36,164 nucleotides of DNA from Macrostomum lignano (Eukaryota). A program made the translations under genes and the position numbers. Positions 10,042 through 20,279 of this stretch are shown piece by piece. Position 1 is the first letter of the stretch. Every line of letters begins with the position of its first letter. The stretch is from assembly GCA_002269645.1 (NCBI GenBank), contig NIVC01004750.1:1-36164 (forward strand), given 5' to 3'. The notes beneath the pieces are model-generated. The model ran no database searches. It was not told the origin of the DNA and worked only from the letters and a program-made list of their open reading frames with translations.

Positions 10042-10900
10042 AGACAGCCCGATGTTGGGAAATCAGCTCCCTGAAGTCGGCTTCCTCCTCCTCCGACAGG
10101 CCACACGAACCCCACTCGCGGAATTCTTCGATCGGGTCCCATGCCTCCGCTTCATTCTTGGCCTCTACGTCGTCGTCCAAGCGCACCACGTTGATACCTC
10201 CGTTCGGTTCCAAAGGAATAAACCAGCCAATCGTCTCTCCTTTCTTGACCCTCTTCCTACAACTGGACGTATTCAGCAATCTCATCGGCAGCCGTCCATC
10301 CACGCCGGGCGCTACCAGAGCTCGAGCCAGCGCCAAATCCTTCTCAGCGGCCTTCACCGGCTTTTCTTCCGTTATGCCGACCGATCCGCAGTTTCTTGCG
10401 CCCTTTTTCTCTACCCTGGCTGGCATGATCACTTCTTGCGCCGGTTCCAGAAATACCGTTGTCTCGGCTTTGATTCGACACACCACGGGCAGCTCGCCTT
10501 TCTGCCGTATCGGAACTCTAACATCGCCCACTCGAAAGACAAACTCTGAATAGTTGATGACGCAACGATGCTGTTTGAAAAATTCGGACCCGAGAATGAC
10601 ATCATAACGTAATCCGTCCACTACGAAGAAATTCGCTGACCACCGCTCGCCGCCAATCTCCACGTCCAGCACAATGCAGCCTCTCATCCTCATCGCACCT
10701 CCATTGGCCGTTGAAAGGGAACCGTCCATTGCAGTCAGTCTCTCCCTCACCTCTTGCGGCAGCCTCAGGAAAACATCACAGCTCAGCACTGACACACTCG
10801 CACCACTGTCTAACAGCAGAGCCACTGGCTTGCCGGAAACCGCACCGGAAATAAAAACTGTCAGAGGCTCCGTTGATACCGACGAACACGCCTCATGAAC
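10004..10900 (-). CDS. pol: Retroviral-type aspartic protease and linker to RT
   Basis: VFISGAVSGKPVALLLDSGASVSV active site (DSG) and YDVILGSEFF flap motif. Confidence 0.92.
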   Translation of the reverse strand, partial: VHEACSSVSTEPLTVFISGAVSGKPVALLLDSGASVSVLSCDVFLRLPQEVRERLTAMDGSLSTANGGAMRMRGCIVLDVEIGGERWSANFFVVDGLRYDVILGSEFFKQHRCVINYSEFVFRVGDVRVPIRQKGELPVVCRIKAETTVFLEPAQEVIMPARVEKKGARNCGSVGITEEKPVKAAEKDLALARALVAPGVDGRLPMRLLNTSSCRKRVKKGETIGWFIPLEPNGGINVVRLDDDVEAKNEAEAWDPIEEFREWGSCGLSEEEEADFRELISQHRAVFAKDSKDLGVRR

Positions 10901-10990
10901 CAGGTTGCTCTTTGAATTCCATCACCAGAGACGCACTTGGATTTATTTACAGGTTAGTGAGCAACCCCGGTTCCTCGCTCCTGGGAGACT

Positions 10991-12115
10991 TCACTTCCTG
11001 GCAGGGTCCCGACTCTCCCCGGTCGGTCCCCTCGGCCCGTTTCCCGACTTCGGACACTTGAAGGATAGGTGGCCTTCACCGTTGCACTTGTGACATCGTA
11101 CTGGCGATTTCCCGTTTTCACTCTTCTGACTGGTCTTCTTCGGACACTTTGATGAGATATGGCCCCACTCTCGACACGAAAAACACTGCACAGCCTTCCG
11201 ACTCGCCGGGGTCGGCTCTGCCGCTTCTTCAGACCTCCGCTCCTCCATCTCTTTCATTCGCATCTCCATGGCCGCCAGCTGTTTTCGAAGCATCTCGACC
11301 TCACTGCTTTCGGAAGCCTCCTTTCTGGTCTCGGTCGTAACAGCACAAACGGTTCTTTTCGATACCTGACCTGGTGGACCATGACTTGCCCTAACCGCCG
11401 CTTCCAGCTGATGCACCAGACGCATTGCGTCCGCTAACGTCTCCGGCTGGCTCATGTACAGTCGCTCCCGCACAGCCACCCCCGCACGGACGCCTCGCAT
11501 AAATCGCTCTTTCGCAAGATCATCGCGCACATCGGCAGGCGCATCAGGAAAGGCGTTTGCGACCAACTCAATCACAGCTTCAGAGAAATCTTCTACCGAC
11601 TCCTTCTCACTCTGCTCTCTATTGCTCAGTTCTGTGCGGTAGTCGACGACGGTACGGTGCATAGTGAACCTATCCCTCAAGGCCTGGGTAAATTCTTCGA
11701 ACTGCAAGTCGTCCCCAAGGTTCATGTTGTCAACAACTTGGAAGGTGCTGAAGTCTAGGTTGCTGAGCAACTGAGCGCGCCGATTCTGCATCGGAATCTG
11801 CATGGCATCGCAATAAGCTACGAAGAGCCTCAACCACTTCACGAAATTCATTCCTGGAGCATACTTCACCGGCCTCTGAATCCTGAGGGCACCCGCTTGC
11901 TGCATGTTCTGCTGAATCTGGGCAGTCAAGGCGGCGACCAGATCATTAACACCAAAGGCTCCAGCAGCACCTCCAGCAGCACCTCCAGCCGCACCTCCAG
12001 CCGCACCTCCAGCCGCACCTCCAGCCGCACCTCCAGCCGCACCTCCAGCCGCACCTCCAGCCGCACCTCCAGCCGCACCTCCAGCAGCACCTCCAGCAGC
12101 ACCTCCAGCATCCAT
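10991..12115 (-). CDS. gag: Gag, 374 aa, with N-terminal (GGAA)12 repeat and two CCHC zinc knuckles
   Basis: First ORF after the PBS. Contains a capsid-like helical region (REQSEKESVEDF...ELVANAFP...KERFMRG), CFSCREWGHISSKC and CHKCNGEGHLSFKC. Confidence 0.93.
   Translation of the reverse strand: MDAGGAAGGAAGGAAGGAAGGAAGGAAGGAAGGAAGGAAGGAAGGAAGGAAGAFGVNDLVAALTAQIQQNMQQAGALRIQRPVKYAPGMNFVKWLRLFVAYCDAMQIPMQNRRAQLLSNLDFSTFQVVDNMNLGDDLQFEEFTQALRDRFTMHRTVVDYRTELSNREQSEKESVEDFSEAVIELVANAFPDAPADVRDDLAKERFMRGVRAGVAVRERLYMSQPETLADAMRLVHQLEAAVRASHGPPGQVSKRTVCAVTTETRKEASESSEVEMLRKQLAAMEMRMKEMEERRSEEAAEPTPASRKAVQCFSCREWGHISSKCPKKTSQKSENGKSPVRCHKCNGEGHLSFKCPKSGNGPRGPTGESRDPARK
11039..11045 (-). promoter_or_regulatory. 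Candidate -1 ribosomal frameshift heptamer G-GGA-AAC
   Basis: X-XXY-YYZ in the correct gag phase (tcG GGA AAC), 16 codons before the gag stop, followed by GC-rich sequence able to pair (CCGAC/GTCGG). Confidence 0.65.
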
Positions 12116-12202
12116 ACCACGGCGTCACAGTTTCTAACCTTAATTTCTCACAATATTCCGCGCCTCGAGCTTTCTTCCTTGCTTAGTCTTCCACAGCGCA
12201 GG

Positions 12203-12220
12203 GTCCCACCAAGGATGCCA
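12203..12220 (-). other. Primer-binding site TGGCATCCTTGGTGGGAC
   Basis: Starts with TGG 3 nt after the 5' LTR end and is complementary to a tRNA-like 3' end GUCCCACCAAGGAUG-CCA. Confidence 0.85.
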
Positions 12221-12223
12221 ATT

Positions 12224-13057
12224 TGTGATGATGGGGCTCAAGGGCTCGGTCCTTTCGTGCCCCTTTCCCAGACCCGGGTTCGTGTACTGACCCTGGCTGC
12301 GGTCCTCCACTGACACGCGTACGACGCGGTGTCCGTCGGGACTAGGCTGCTCGAGCGTACGACGCACGACAGCCTACAGACTCGCGTACGACGCAGAGCT
12401 GCTTGGGGTGGGACCGGCGTACGACGCACTTAATCCCTCTAAGGTGCCTAGTACAGATGCAGACCCAAATGACGTACAAATTGGAAGGCTTACCAGCCGC
12501 GATTTCAGTCGTACAAGAAACAGCGCCGTCAGAGCAGTGGTGATCTCGATATTCTTTACTTATATATTTGTCTAGCAATTCTGCGAGGAATAGCAATTCA
12601 GCAACCAACGCTGGCACAATCGCCGAGGAGCCACGAAGACGACGAGAATGGGGTCTCACGGGGCTCTGAATAAATAGGCAGCAAACTGGGGGTTGAGGGC
12701 GCGGGATAAAGGCAGAAAAGGGGGCTTAGACATCAGCCAAGGCAACGCATGAGCTGTACCAGCCAATCGCCGGGGCGCAGCACGGCAGACTGGGACTGGC
12801 AGCCAATCACAAACAGGGGCGGGGCAGCAAAGCTAACAAAATAATGGGGCGGGGTCGCACAGGGGGGGGGTCGCACGCAGAGCATGGGGGGGGTTTGACT
12901 CAACAGAAAAGGTCTAGGCAGGGAGGGGAGGGGTACGCACGCGCAGAAGTGCAGGTGGGTGAGTCAGAAAATATCTAAGGAGGGGGAGAGGACGGCCGAC
13001 TGGCCCGGCGTAGCAAAGTAGCAAAGTACACACAGTCATAATAACACATTCATGACA
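12224..13057 (-). repeat. 5' LTR (834 bp)
   Basis: Near-identical to 4365-5197, with the same TG...CA termini, and followed by the PBS. Confidence 0.9.
12559..12854 (-). promoter_or_regulatory. Candidate LTR U3 promoter: TATA, two CCAAT boxes, two GC boxes
   Basis: TATATAAG on the minus strand at 12566-12559, CCAAT at 12763 and 12803, GGGGCGGGG at 12816 and 12846. Motif evidence only. Confidence 0.5.
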
Positions 13058-13563
13058 CTCCCGTCCCCTAGACAAAAGTTCGAGTTCGAAAAGTCGAATA
13101 TTGAAATGATGCTACTATAACAAAAAAATTGAACAGAGGAACAAACCGCATTTGAAAAATATTTTGGACTCGCATGGCAACTAGTTCGAACAAAAAACAA
13201 AACCGCAGTGATTATACCGTTTAAAAATGACGAAGAAACCTTCAAACATAGGATAGTGAGTACGCATCATTGGGAAGCAAAACGCAAATTTTGGGAAAAA
13301 CTCACTTTAACAAAAACGCTGAAGTTCGAAAAAAACGCTAAATGTTCACAAAAAACAAAAAAATGAAACCGTCAAACATTTACCCTCACAAGTAATACTA
13401 GCACTGCTTCCCTGCATCCCGCCGAGTACGGCCGTCGCTCTGGTGCCTCGTCTCCCTGTCGCTACTGTCGCCGGTTGCTCTGGTCGCTCTGCGCTGGTCG
13501 TCGAGTCCTGCGGTTGCTGCACAGCCGCATCGCTCCGTCAGCACCCGTTAAGGCCGGTCCACC
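13058..13563 (-). mobile_element. Second PPT and 3' untranslated internal segment of a truncated tandem copy of the same element
   Basis: Sequence matches 5198-5703 (PPT plus AT-rich and GC-rich 3' UTR) and stops abruptly at 13563. Confidence 0.85.
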
Positions 13564-13967
13564 ATATCTAAGGAGGGGGAGGGGGAGAGGACGGCCCACG
13601 AGGACGGGGAGTGGGCGACGCGCAACTTTTGAATCTGTGATTAACCAATTAGATAACACCGCCACGTTGGTGGGCTTTAGGGACAGAGACGATTTTCTTA
13701 TCAATATTCGCCTCCAATGTTTGCTTCTCGCCTCAATTCACACGGGACCGAACACTGTTTCACAGCCACCTTAATTATCTGGCTTACATATGCTAACATA
13801 TGAGATCTTGGCGTCCGTTCTGATGGCATGATGTACAGTGCGCATGCTAATCTATACAGCTAGACTGTGGTGCGAGAAAACTTCGCTCAATTTTGGGATA
13901 GACATTTTTAATAGCCTAAATCCATACGGGCCAAGACTTTAATCGAGAAAGTGATCTAGTAGTTGCA

Positions 13968-14185
13968 TCTGGGAGGGTGGCCGAGGCCCCGCCTGGAGAT
14001 CTGGGAGGGTGACGGTAGAGCTTGGGGATCTGGGAGGGTGACGGTAGAGCTTGGGGATCTGGGAGGGTGACGGTAGAGCTTGGGATCTGGGAGGGTGACG
14101 GTAGAGCTTGGGATCTGGGAGGATGACGGTAGAGCTTGGGGATCTGGGAGGGTGACGGTAGAGCCTGGGGATCTGGGAGGGTGGT
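13968..14185. repeat. 28-29-bp minisatellite (GATCTGGGAGGGTGACGGTAGAGCTTGGG)
   Basis: About 6-7 visible tandem copies. Confidence 0.92.
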
Positions 14186-15729
14186 GGCGGTCAAGCAACA
14201 AACGATCTGGAAGGTGTCTGGTAGGTAAAAGGTATCACAGACACCTTTAACTTGCGTTAACGCTACAAGAAGTGGGCTCTAGTCGCACAGAGCAGGAAAT
14301 TTAATTTAGCTTCTGTTTGCCATTTTTGCAAGCATCAGTAGCAGCCCTCAAACCCAGCCAGGTAGAAAAACGCAACTGAGAAATCATCTTGTTGAGCAGG
14401 TGAGTTTGATGAGCGACCAAACACTCTGGGGGGGGGGGGAGGCAGTGATGCAGGGGAAGAGACAGACAGACTACAACTGAAGCCAATCCCGGTAGTGATT
14501 ATTGGCAGTCATTAAATGGGATTTAGCAATAGGGATGATTTTTTTGGGGGGGGAGGCTGGTGGAGCTGTCAGCAGCAGGCAGGGCTTCCTACCAAGGCCA
14601 ACCTGTTTGAATAATTGAGTCTCACAAGGGCAGCTGCGGGGCAAATCGCAATTAGAGTTCTGTTATTATCATGATTATGATTATTATTGTTGATGGAGGA
14701 GGCGACCACTTGACGTCCGCGGCCTACCTGTCACGCGCTTGTCATTCAAGGCCGGAGCTGAGAGAGAGAGAAAAAAACTACCTTTAGGGTAGTGGGCTGG
14801 TGCAGGGGTTGCTCTGAGAGAGCCTCACCTGTAGGATTTTGGACTGATGATGCTGCTGCAGCTCATCCCAGCTGACTCAATTGGAAAGTTGGCTATTTTT
14901 TTCATAATCAGCAGCACTTATCACAGTCAAAGAATGATAGCTGTAGGGGCATGGGCACACTGCCCTCCCCCATGGCTTTAAGAGCCAGAAAAGCTTTGCA
15001 AAAAAGCAATTGCAAGCAAAACTCCCTCCAGAAACGTCAATGGCAAGGAGGGTGGGCTGCAGTGGCGATTGCAGCTGTCCTCTATCAGGACTAGAAACCA
15101 GCTTAATAGATATCATTTTTGTAGCGAGCCTGTTCAATGCATTCATTGATTAAATTGTCCACCACACGGCTGTCATTAAATGAGTAACTACTGAGCAATG
15201 CCTTCCTTACTCAGTCTGGCCAACTTTTTTACAACTCTTCATACAACAACCCCCCTCCCCCGACTTCATGCAGCTATAATCCTTCCACCCCAAAGAAATG
15301 TCTGTTGAGCAATAATCAAAATTTTCTAAATTTTGCCCAATTTATTCCTTCCGTCGAGCACCTTCGGTCCAATAACCTCTTGACTCCGGAGAGGTTGGAA
15401 CTCTGTCTCAGAGGTCTGGCTTTTTCTGAAATATTGTCAAGTGAAATCTTGCCCAATAATGATTGAGTTATATTGTTGAGCCTGGCGATCAGTGAAGGTT
15501 GTCGAGCACTATTTATTCTCCAGACAGATGACACTGATGAGGCCTGATGTAATCATCACGAAACCTTTCTAGGAAACCGCTATCTACTAATTTGCTTATC
15601 TACTTCTCTCTCCACCCTGTCTACCTGTGTCTACCTCTAAAAATTTGCTTTTGTCTACCTTGTCTGATTACTGACTACTTCTTTGCTTACCTATCAAAAC
15701 TTCCTGTTTAGCAAACTCAAACCTCTCTA

Positions 15730-16095
15730 CCCTGACTACTTTTATGTCTACCCTAGCTACTTCTATATCTACCCTAACTACTTCCATGCCTACTCTAACT
15801 ACTTCTATGTCTACCCTAGCTAGTTCATTATCTACCCTAACTTCTATGTCTATCCTAGGTGCTCCCATGTCTACTCTAACTACTTCTATGTCTACCCTAG
15901 CTACTTCAATATCTACCCTAACTTCTATGTCTACCCTAGCTACTTCAATATCTACCCTAACTTCTATGTCTACCCTAGCTACTTCAATATCTACCCTAAC
16001 TTCTATGTCTATCCTAGGTGCTCCCATGTCTACTCTAACTACTTCTATGTCTACCCTAGCTACTTCGATGCCTACCCCAAATAATTTTCTACCTA
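15730..16095. repeat. 18/21-bp minisatellite (TGTCTACCCTAGCTACTTCTA-like)
   Basis: Visible degenerate tandem repeat. Confidence 0.9.
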
Positions 16096-16559
16096 TCCGA
16101 GACTGTTTTCTATGTCCACTCCTCAACTCTAAATTTCCTTTATTTACTATTCTGTCTGTCCTGCTTGTTGCATCCATATACTAAAAATGGTCTGCCGGTA
16201 GGTGTCTATCTATCTATTATCTTTAAACCTCTTTTCTCCCTCTTTTTCTTCTGTCGGTTGCCATTCACTTTAAGCATCGACAATTTCACATTTCAAGCGC
16301 GTCATCATTCTCCATTACGATTCCATTGTTGTAATGAAAATCAAATTAGAAAGCTGCATGCAATATCAGATATAATAATGAACAGCATTCAAGTTTGCAA
16401 ATGACAAATAAACAATTTTTTTTTGTTTATTGAATTCGAAGGCAAGCATCACTTTACAAAAAATGTTTAATGCAGATAAGTAAAAGTTTGCTTTTGGCAA
16501 TGCGGACAAACATTTAGGAAAATGCCCTTGAGTAAGAAATGGATGCATGTTAGGCGGAG

Positions 16560-17460
16560 ATAGAGAAGTAGATAGTTGGGGAAGAGAAGTAGACAGTGGG
16601 AGGGAGAGTAGACAGAGTGGGAAGAAAAGTAGACTGAGGGGAGAGAGAAGTAGACTGAGGGGAGAGAGAAGTAGACAGTAGGGAGAGAGAAGTAGACAGA
16701 AGGGAGAGAGAAATAGACAGTGGGGAGAGAGAAGTAGACAGTGGGGTAGAGAAGTAGACAGTGGGGAGAGAGAAGTAGACAGTGGGGTAGAGAAGTAGAC
16801 AGTGGGGAGAGAGAAGTAGACAGTGGAGGAGACAGAGAAGTAGACAGTGGGGAGAGAGAAGTAGACAGTGAGGAGAGAGAAATAGACAGTGGAGGAGAAA
16901 GAGAAGTAGACAGTGGGGAGAGAGAAGTAGACAGTGAGGAGAGAGAAATAGACAGTGGAGGAGAAAGAGAAGTAGACAGTGGGGAGAGAGAAGTAGACAG
17001 TGGGGGAGAGAAGTAGACAGTGGGGAGAGAAATAGACAGTGGAGGAGACAGAGAAGTAGACAGTGGGGAGAGAGAAGTAGACAGTGAGGAGAGAGAAATA
17101 GACAGTGGAGGAGAAAGAGAAGTAGACAGTGGGAGAGAGAAGTAGACAGTGGGGGAGAGAAGTAGACAGTGGGGGAGAGAGTAGACAGTGTGGAGAGAGA
17201 GAAGTAGACAGTGGAGGAGAAAAAGAAGTAGACAGTGGGGAGAGAGTAGACAGTGGGAGAGAGAGAAGTAGACAGTGGAGGAGAAAGAGAATTAGACAGT
17301 GAGGAGAGAGAAGTAGACAGTGGAGGAGAAAGAGAATTAGACAGTGGGGAGAGAGAAGTAGACAGTGGGGGAGAGAGTAGACAGTGTGGAGAGAGAGAAG
17401 TAGACAGTGGAGGAGAAAAAGAAGTAGACAGTGGGGAGAGAGAAGTAGACAGTGGAGGAG
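16560..17460. repeat. About 21-bp purine-rich minisatellite (GTAGACAGTGGGGAGAGAGAA)
   Basis: Visible tandem repeat. Confidence 0.95.
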
Positions 17461-18809
17461 TCGATATCGATAAAGTCAGAGTCAGTACTCAACACGCTCA
17501 AGAATCTGCGCCATCAAGCAGCAGCCGGTCAGTCTCGTCCAACAGTCTGGCCAATGAGCTGCCGCGTCGGTCAAGGCAGGCCCGAGCCTGAGCTGCCAGG
17601 CCTTCAGCGTCCACCGCCGATCGAAGTTCCTTCCTCCGCCTGAGCAGTCTGCAACAATAAAAGCAACAAAAACTGCAGAGAGCGAAAAAGAGAGGCACCA
17701 GAAAGTGCAAAAAAGAAGCACTAGACAGTCAGTTTAACTCCCGGGGCTTCTCTCAATTAATTCGTTCGGCGGGATTCCGGTCGGTGCGGTGACAAGTTAA
17801 TACTCGATGGTGGTTTCGGATTATTATAGATTGGTTAAGCGCTGCCGAGCGCAACACAGTGGGGAGAGGGCAGATGAGCTCAAATGATTGAGAAATCGAA
17901 GCTGAGCCAGCAGCATCAGCAGCTGCAGTTTGCCACATAATTGCCACCCTCTCTGTCCCCTCCCAACCCCAAATTGAACCCCAGCAGCCACCGAGCGCCT
18001 GTGTCCCGTCCTGTCTGCCCCGCATGTGTAAATATATGAACCCCCCGCCGGAATTAAATCATTTCCTGCACTCGTCATTACCTCATTAAACAGCAGCCGC
18101 AGCAGCAGCAGCGCAATCGGTCTGGGGGGGGCTTCGGCTGTAGGGGGGGGGGGGGGAAAGTCACTGGAGATCCCGGCCAGTGTCAGATTTCTCTCTCCCC
18201 TACTCGGCCAGGCGAGCTGGCGGCCGGCGACGGGACCTCGCGATGTCGGAGTCCCGCCATCTAATTCAATCAGTGAAAACCTGACAGAGGGACTGCCCGA
18301 CCGGCAAATCCCAGAGGATCGGCGGTGGGGGGGGGAGGAGAGTCCGGGGAGTGTCAGATGCTGCTGGGGCTCAAATCTCTCTGCCCCAGCCTCTTCGTCA
18401 GAAGCTTCTCGCGGACCCGCCGCTCTGCTGCTGTTGCCAGATTTTCAGCTCCTGCCTTTCCCGCCAATTTCTGGAGACTCTTCTCGGGAAAGCAGAAAAA
18501 ACACACAGACACACAGAGATACAGGAAGAGACAGCATTTAATTAAACTGGATCGAGGGAGCGGAGATGTGCCAAAAGGAATGCGAAAACAGATTAAAGCG
18601 GCCGCCGGCTAGGATGGATGTAGCCAAGGGAAATCACTGGGACAGCTGGACTCTGGCCAGCTGAGGGTGGGCTGCATGGTCAGCTGCTGTTGAGAATTCG
18701 AGCTGAGGAAGATACCAAAACATGGCCGCAAAGGAATGGCTTGGATGGGGAGACAGGGAAATAACTGAAACTGCTGACAACTGGGCGCTGCCGACTGGAA
18801 AGGTGCGAC

Positions 18810-18903
18810 ATGCAGACAGGCAGACAAAAAAACAGACAGACAGACAGAGAGACAGACAGAGACAGACAGGCAGACAGACACGCAGACAGACAGATAGACA
18901 GAA

Positions 18904-18964
<61 letters not shown>

Positions 18965-19410
18965 GGCAGACAAAAAAAACAGACAGACAGACACACAGAC
19001 AGACGGACACTAACAGACAGGCAGACACTAACAGACAGGCAGACACTAACAGACAGGCAGACACTAACAGACAGGCAGACACTAACAGACAGGCAGACAC
19101 TAACAGACAGACAGACAGACACTAACAGACAGGCAGACACTAACAGACAGACAGACAGACACTAACAGACAGACAGACAGACACTAACAGACAGGCAGAC
19201 ACTAACAGACAGGCAGACACTAACAGACAGGCAGACACTAACAGACAGGCAGACACTAACAGACAGACAGACACTAAGACACAGGCAGACACTAACAGAC
19301 AGGCAGACACTAACAGACAGGCAGACACTAACAGACAGGCAGACACTAACAGACAGGCAGACACTAACAGACAGGCAGACACTAACAGACAGGCAGACAC
19401 TAAGACACAG
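18810..19410. repeat. (CAGA)n microsatellite grading into an 18-bp repeat (CAGACACTAACAGACAGG)
   Basis: Visible tandem repeat. Confidence 0.95.
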
Positions 19411-20279
19411 GCCAATAGAGACAGCTCAAAGCTTTGTTGTCAGCTGGCAATGAACAAGCGATTCCCCTCATTGAACGTTCAGCGCACAAAGAATTGGGAA
19501 CAATTTCCAAGCAGCAAGTTGACGTTATAAATCTATGGCTATAATCGTATACACAAGCAACCCCGAATTGATATATTAATGCGCCTTAATAAGACATAAA
19601 AACTCAGCACGGCCAGACAGAAGCGCTGGTGGCGGTGGTAGGCGGTGGTTGGGTCGGGTGATCAGCTTTAATTTAGCACCGGCGCCAACAATCCACCCAT
19701 GGGAGTTCGACAAGCTCCCAAGCAAAACCCGATGCCAATTATCAGATAAAGACTAAAGGGTTGGCGACCCCTTGCTTCCTTCTGTCAACTGGCCACCCCA
19801 ACCCCTTGGCCAGTCCCCCCCGAAGGCTCGAATAGAAATCGACATTGGGGCGAGTCACCAAGGCCAGTGGACTTGAAGAGCTAGATCATGCATAATATCA
19901 TTATTGTATACGATTTAGATCTTGCTGTAAGATCACTTGTTGAGACTACTGCTATTTAGAGCTTGCCAATAATAATAAAAACCATATAGGGTTGCTCATA
20001 AATTTGGGGGAAATTTTTTTAGAGAATTCCCTGGGGCTAATCGGAGCCGAAGAAATTCGATGGCCGATGGCCTAAATTGTTTTTATCTCGTAAATAGCCA
20101 TTGAAACACTCGTTTCCAATCTTCTGCTTCTAGAAGGAGGACCCTCCAGGAGGCGCAAAATAGATCCGCGTCACGCAGGCTAACTACGCGGGCGCGGTTT
20201 GGGCCGTTTTATTCTTGTCACCGCAGCCATGCTTTTGTAGGCGATTTTGGGCTCTGTAGCTGACCGCCTGCCCGCGTCT

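Larger units (their letters stand above)
4365..13057 (-). mobile_element. Full-length Ty3/Gypsy LTR retrotransposon with extra J-domain/chromodomain ORF
   Basis: Two near-identical LTRs, PBS, PPT, gag, and pol in the order PR-RT-RNaseH-IN (Gypsy order). No target-site duplication can be verified because the right LTR is followed by more element sequence. Confidence 0.96.

Noticed and set aside
6274-11642. Plus-strand ORFs overlapping gag, pol and ORF3
   Set aside because: Antisense shadows expected in GC-rich coding DNA.
4365-13600. DIRS/Ngaro-type split-repeat element
   Set aside because: It encodes a DDE integrase and a protease, with no tyrosine recombinase.
14725-14880. Minus-strand micro-exons with strong-looking splice sites
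   Set aside because: The implied introns are only 15-25 nt, frames contain stops, and I recognise no homology.
15668-19415. ORFs 15668-16184, 17253-17591 and 18609-19415 (VRVDIE, EVDSG, SVCL/TDRQ repeats)
   Set aside because: Products of tandem repeats with no domain signal.
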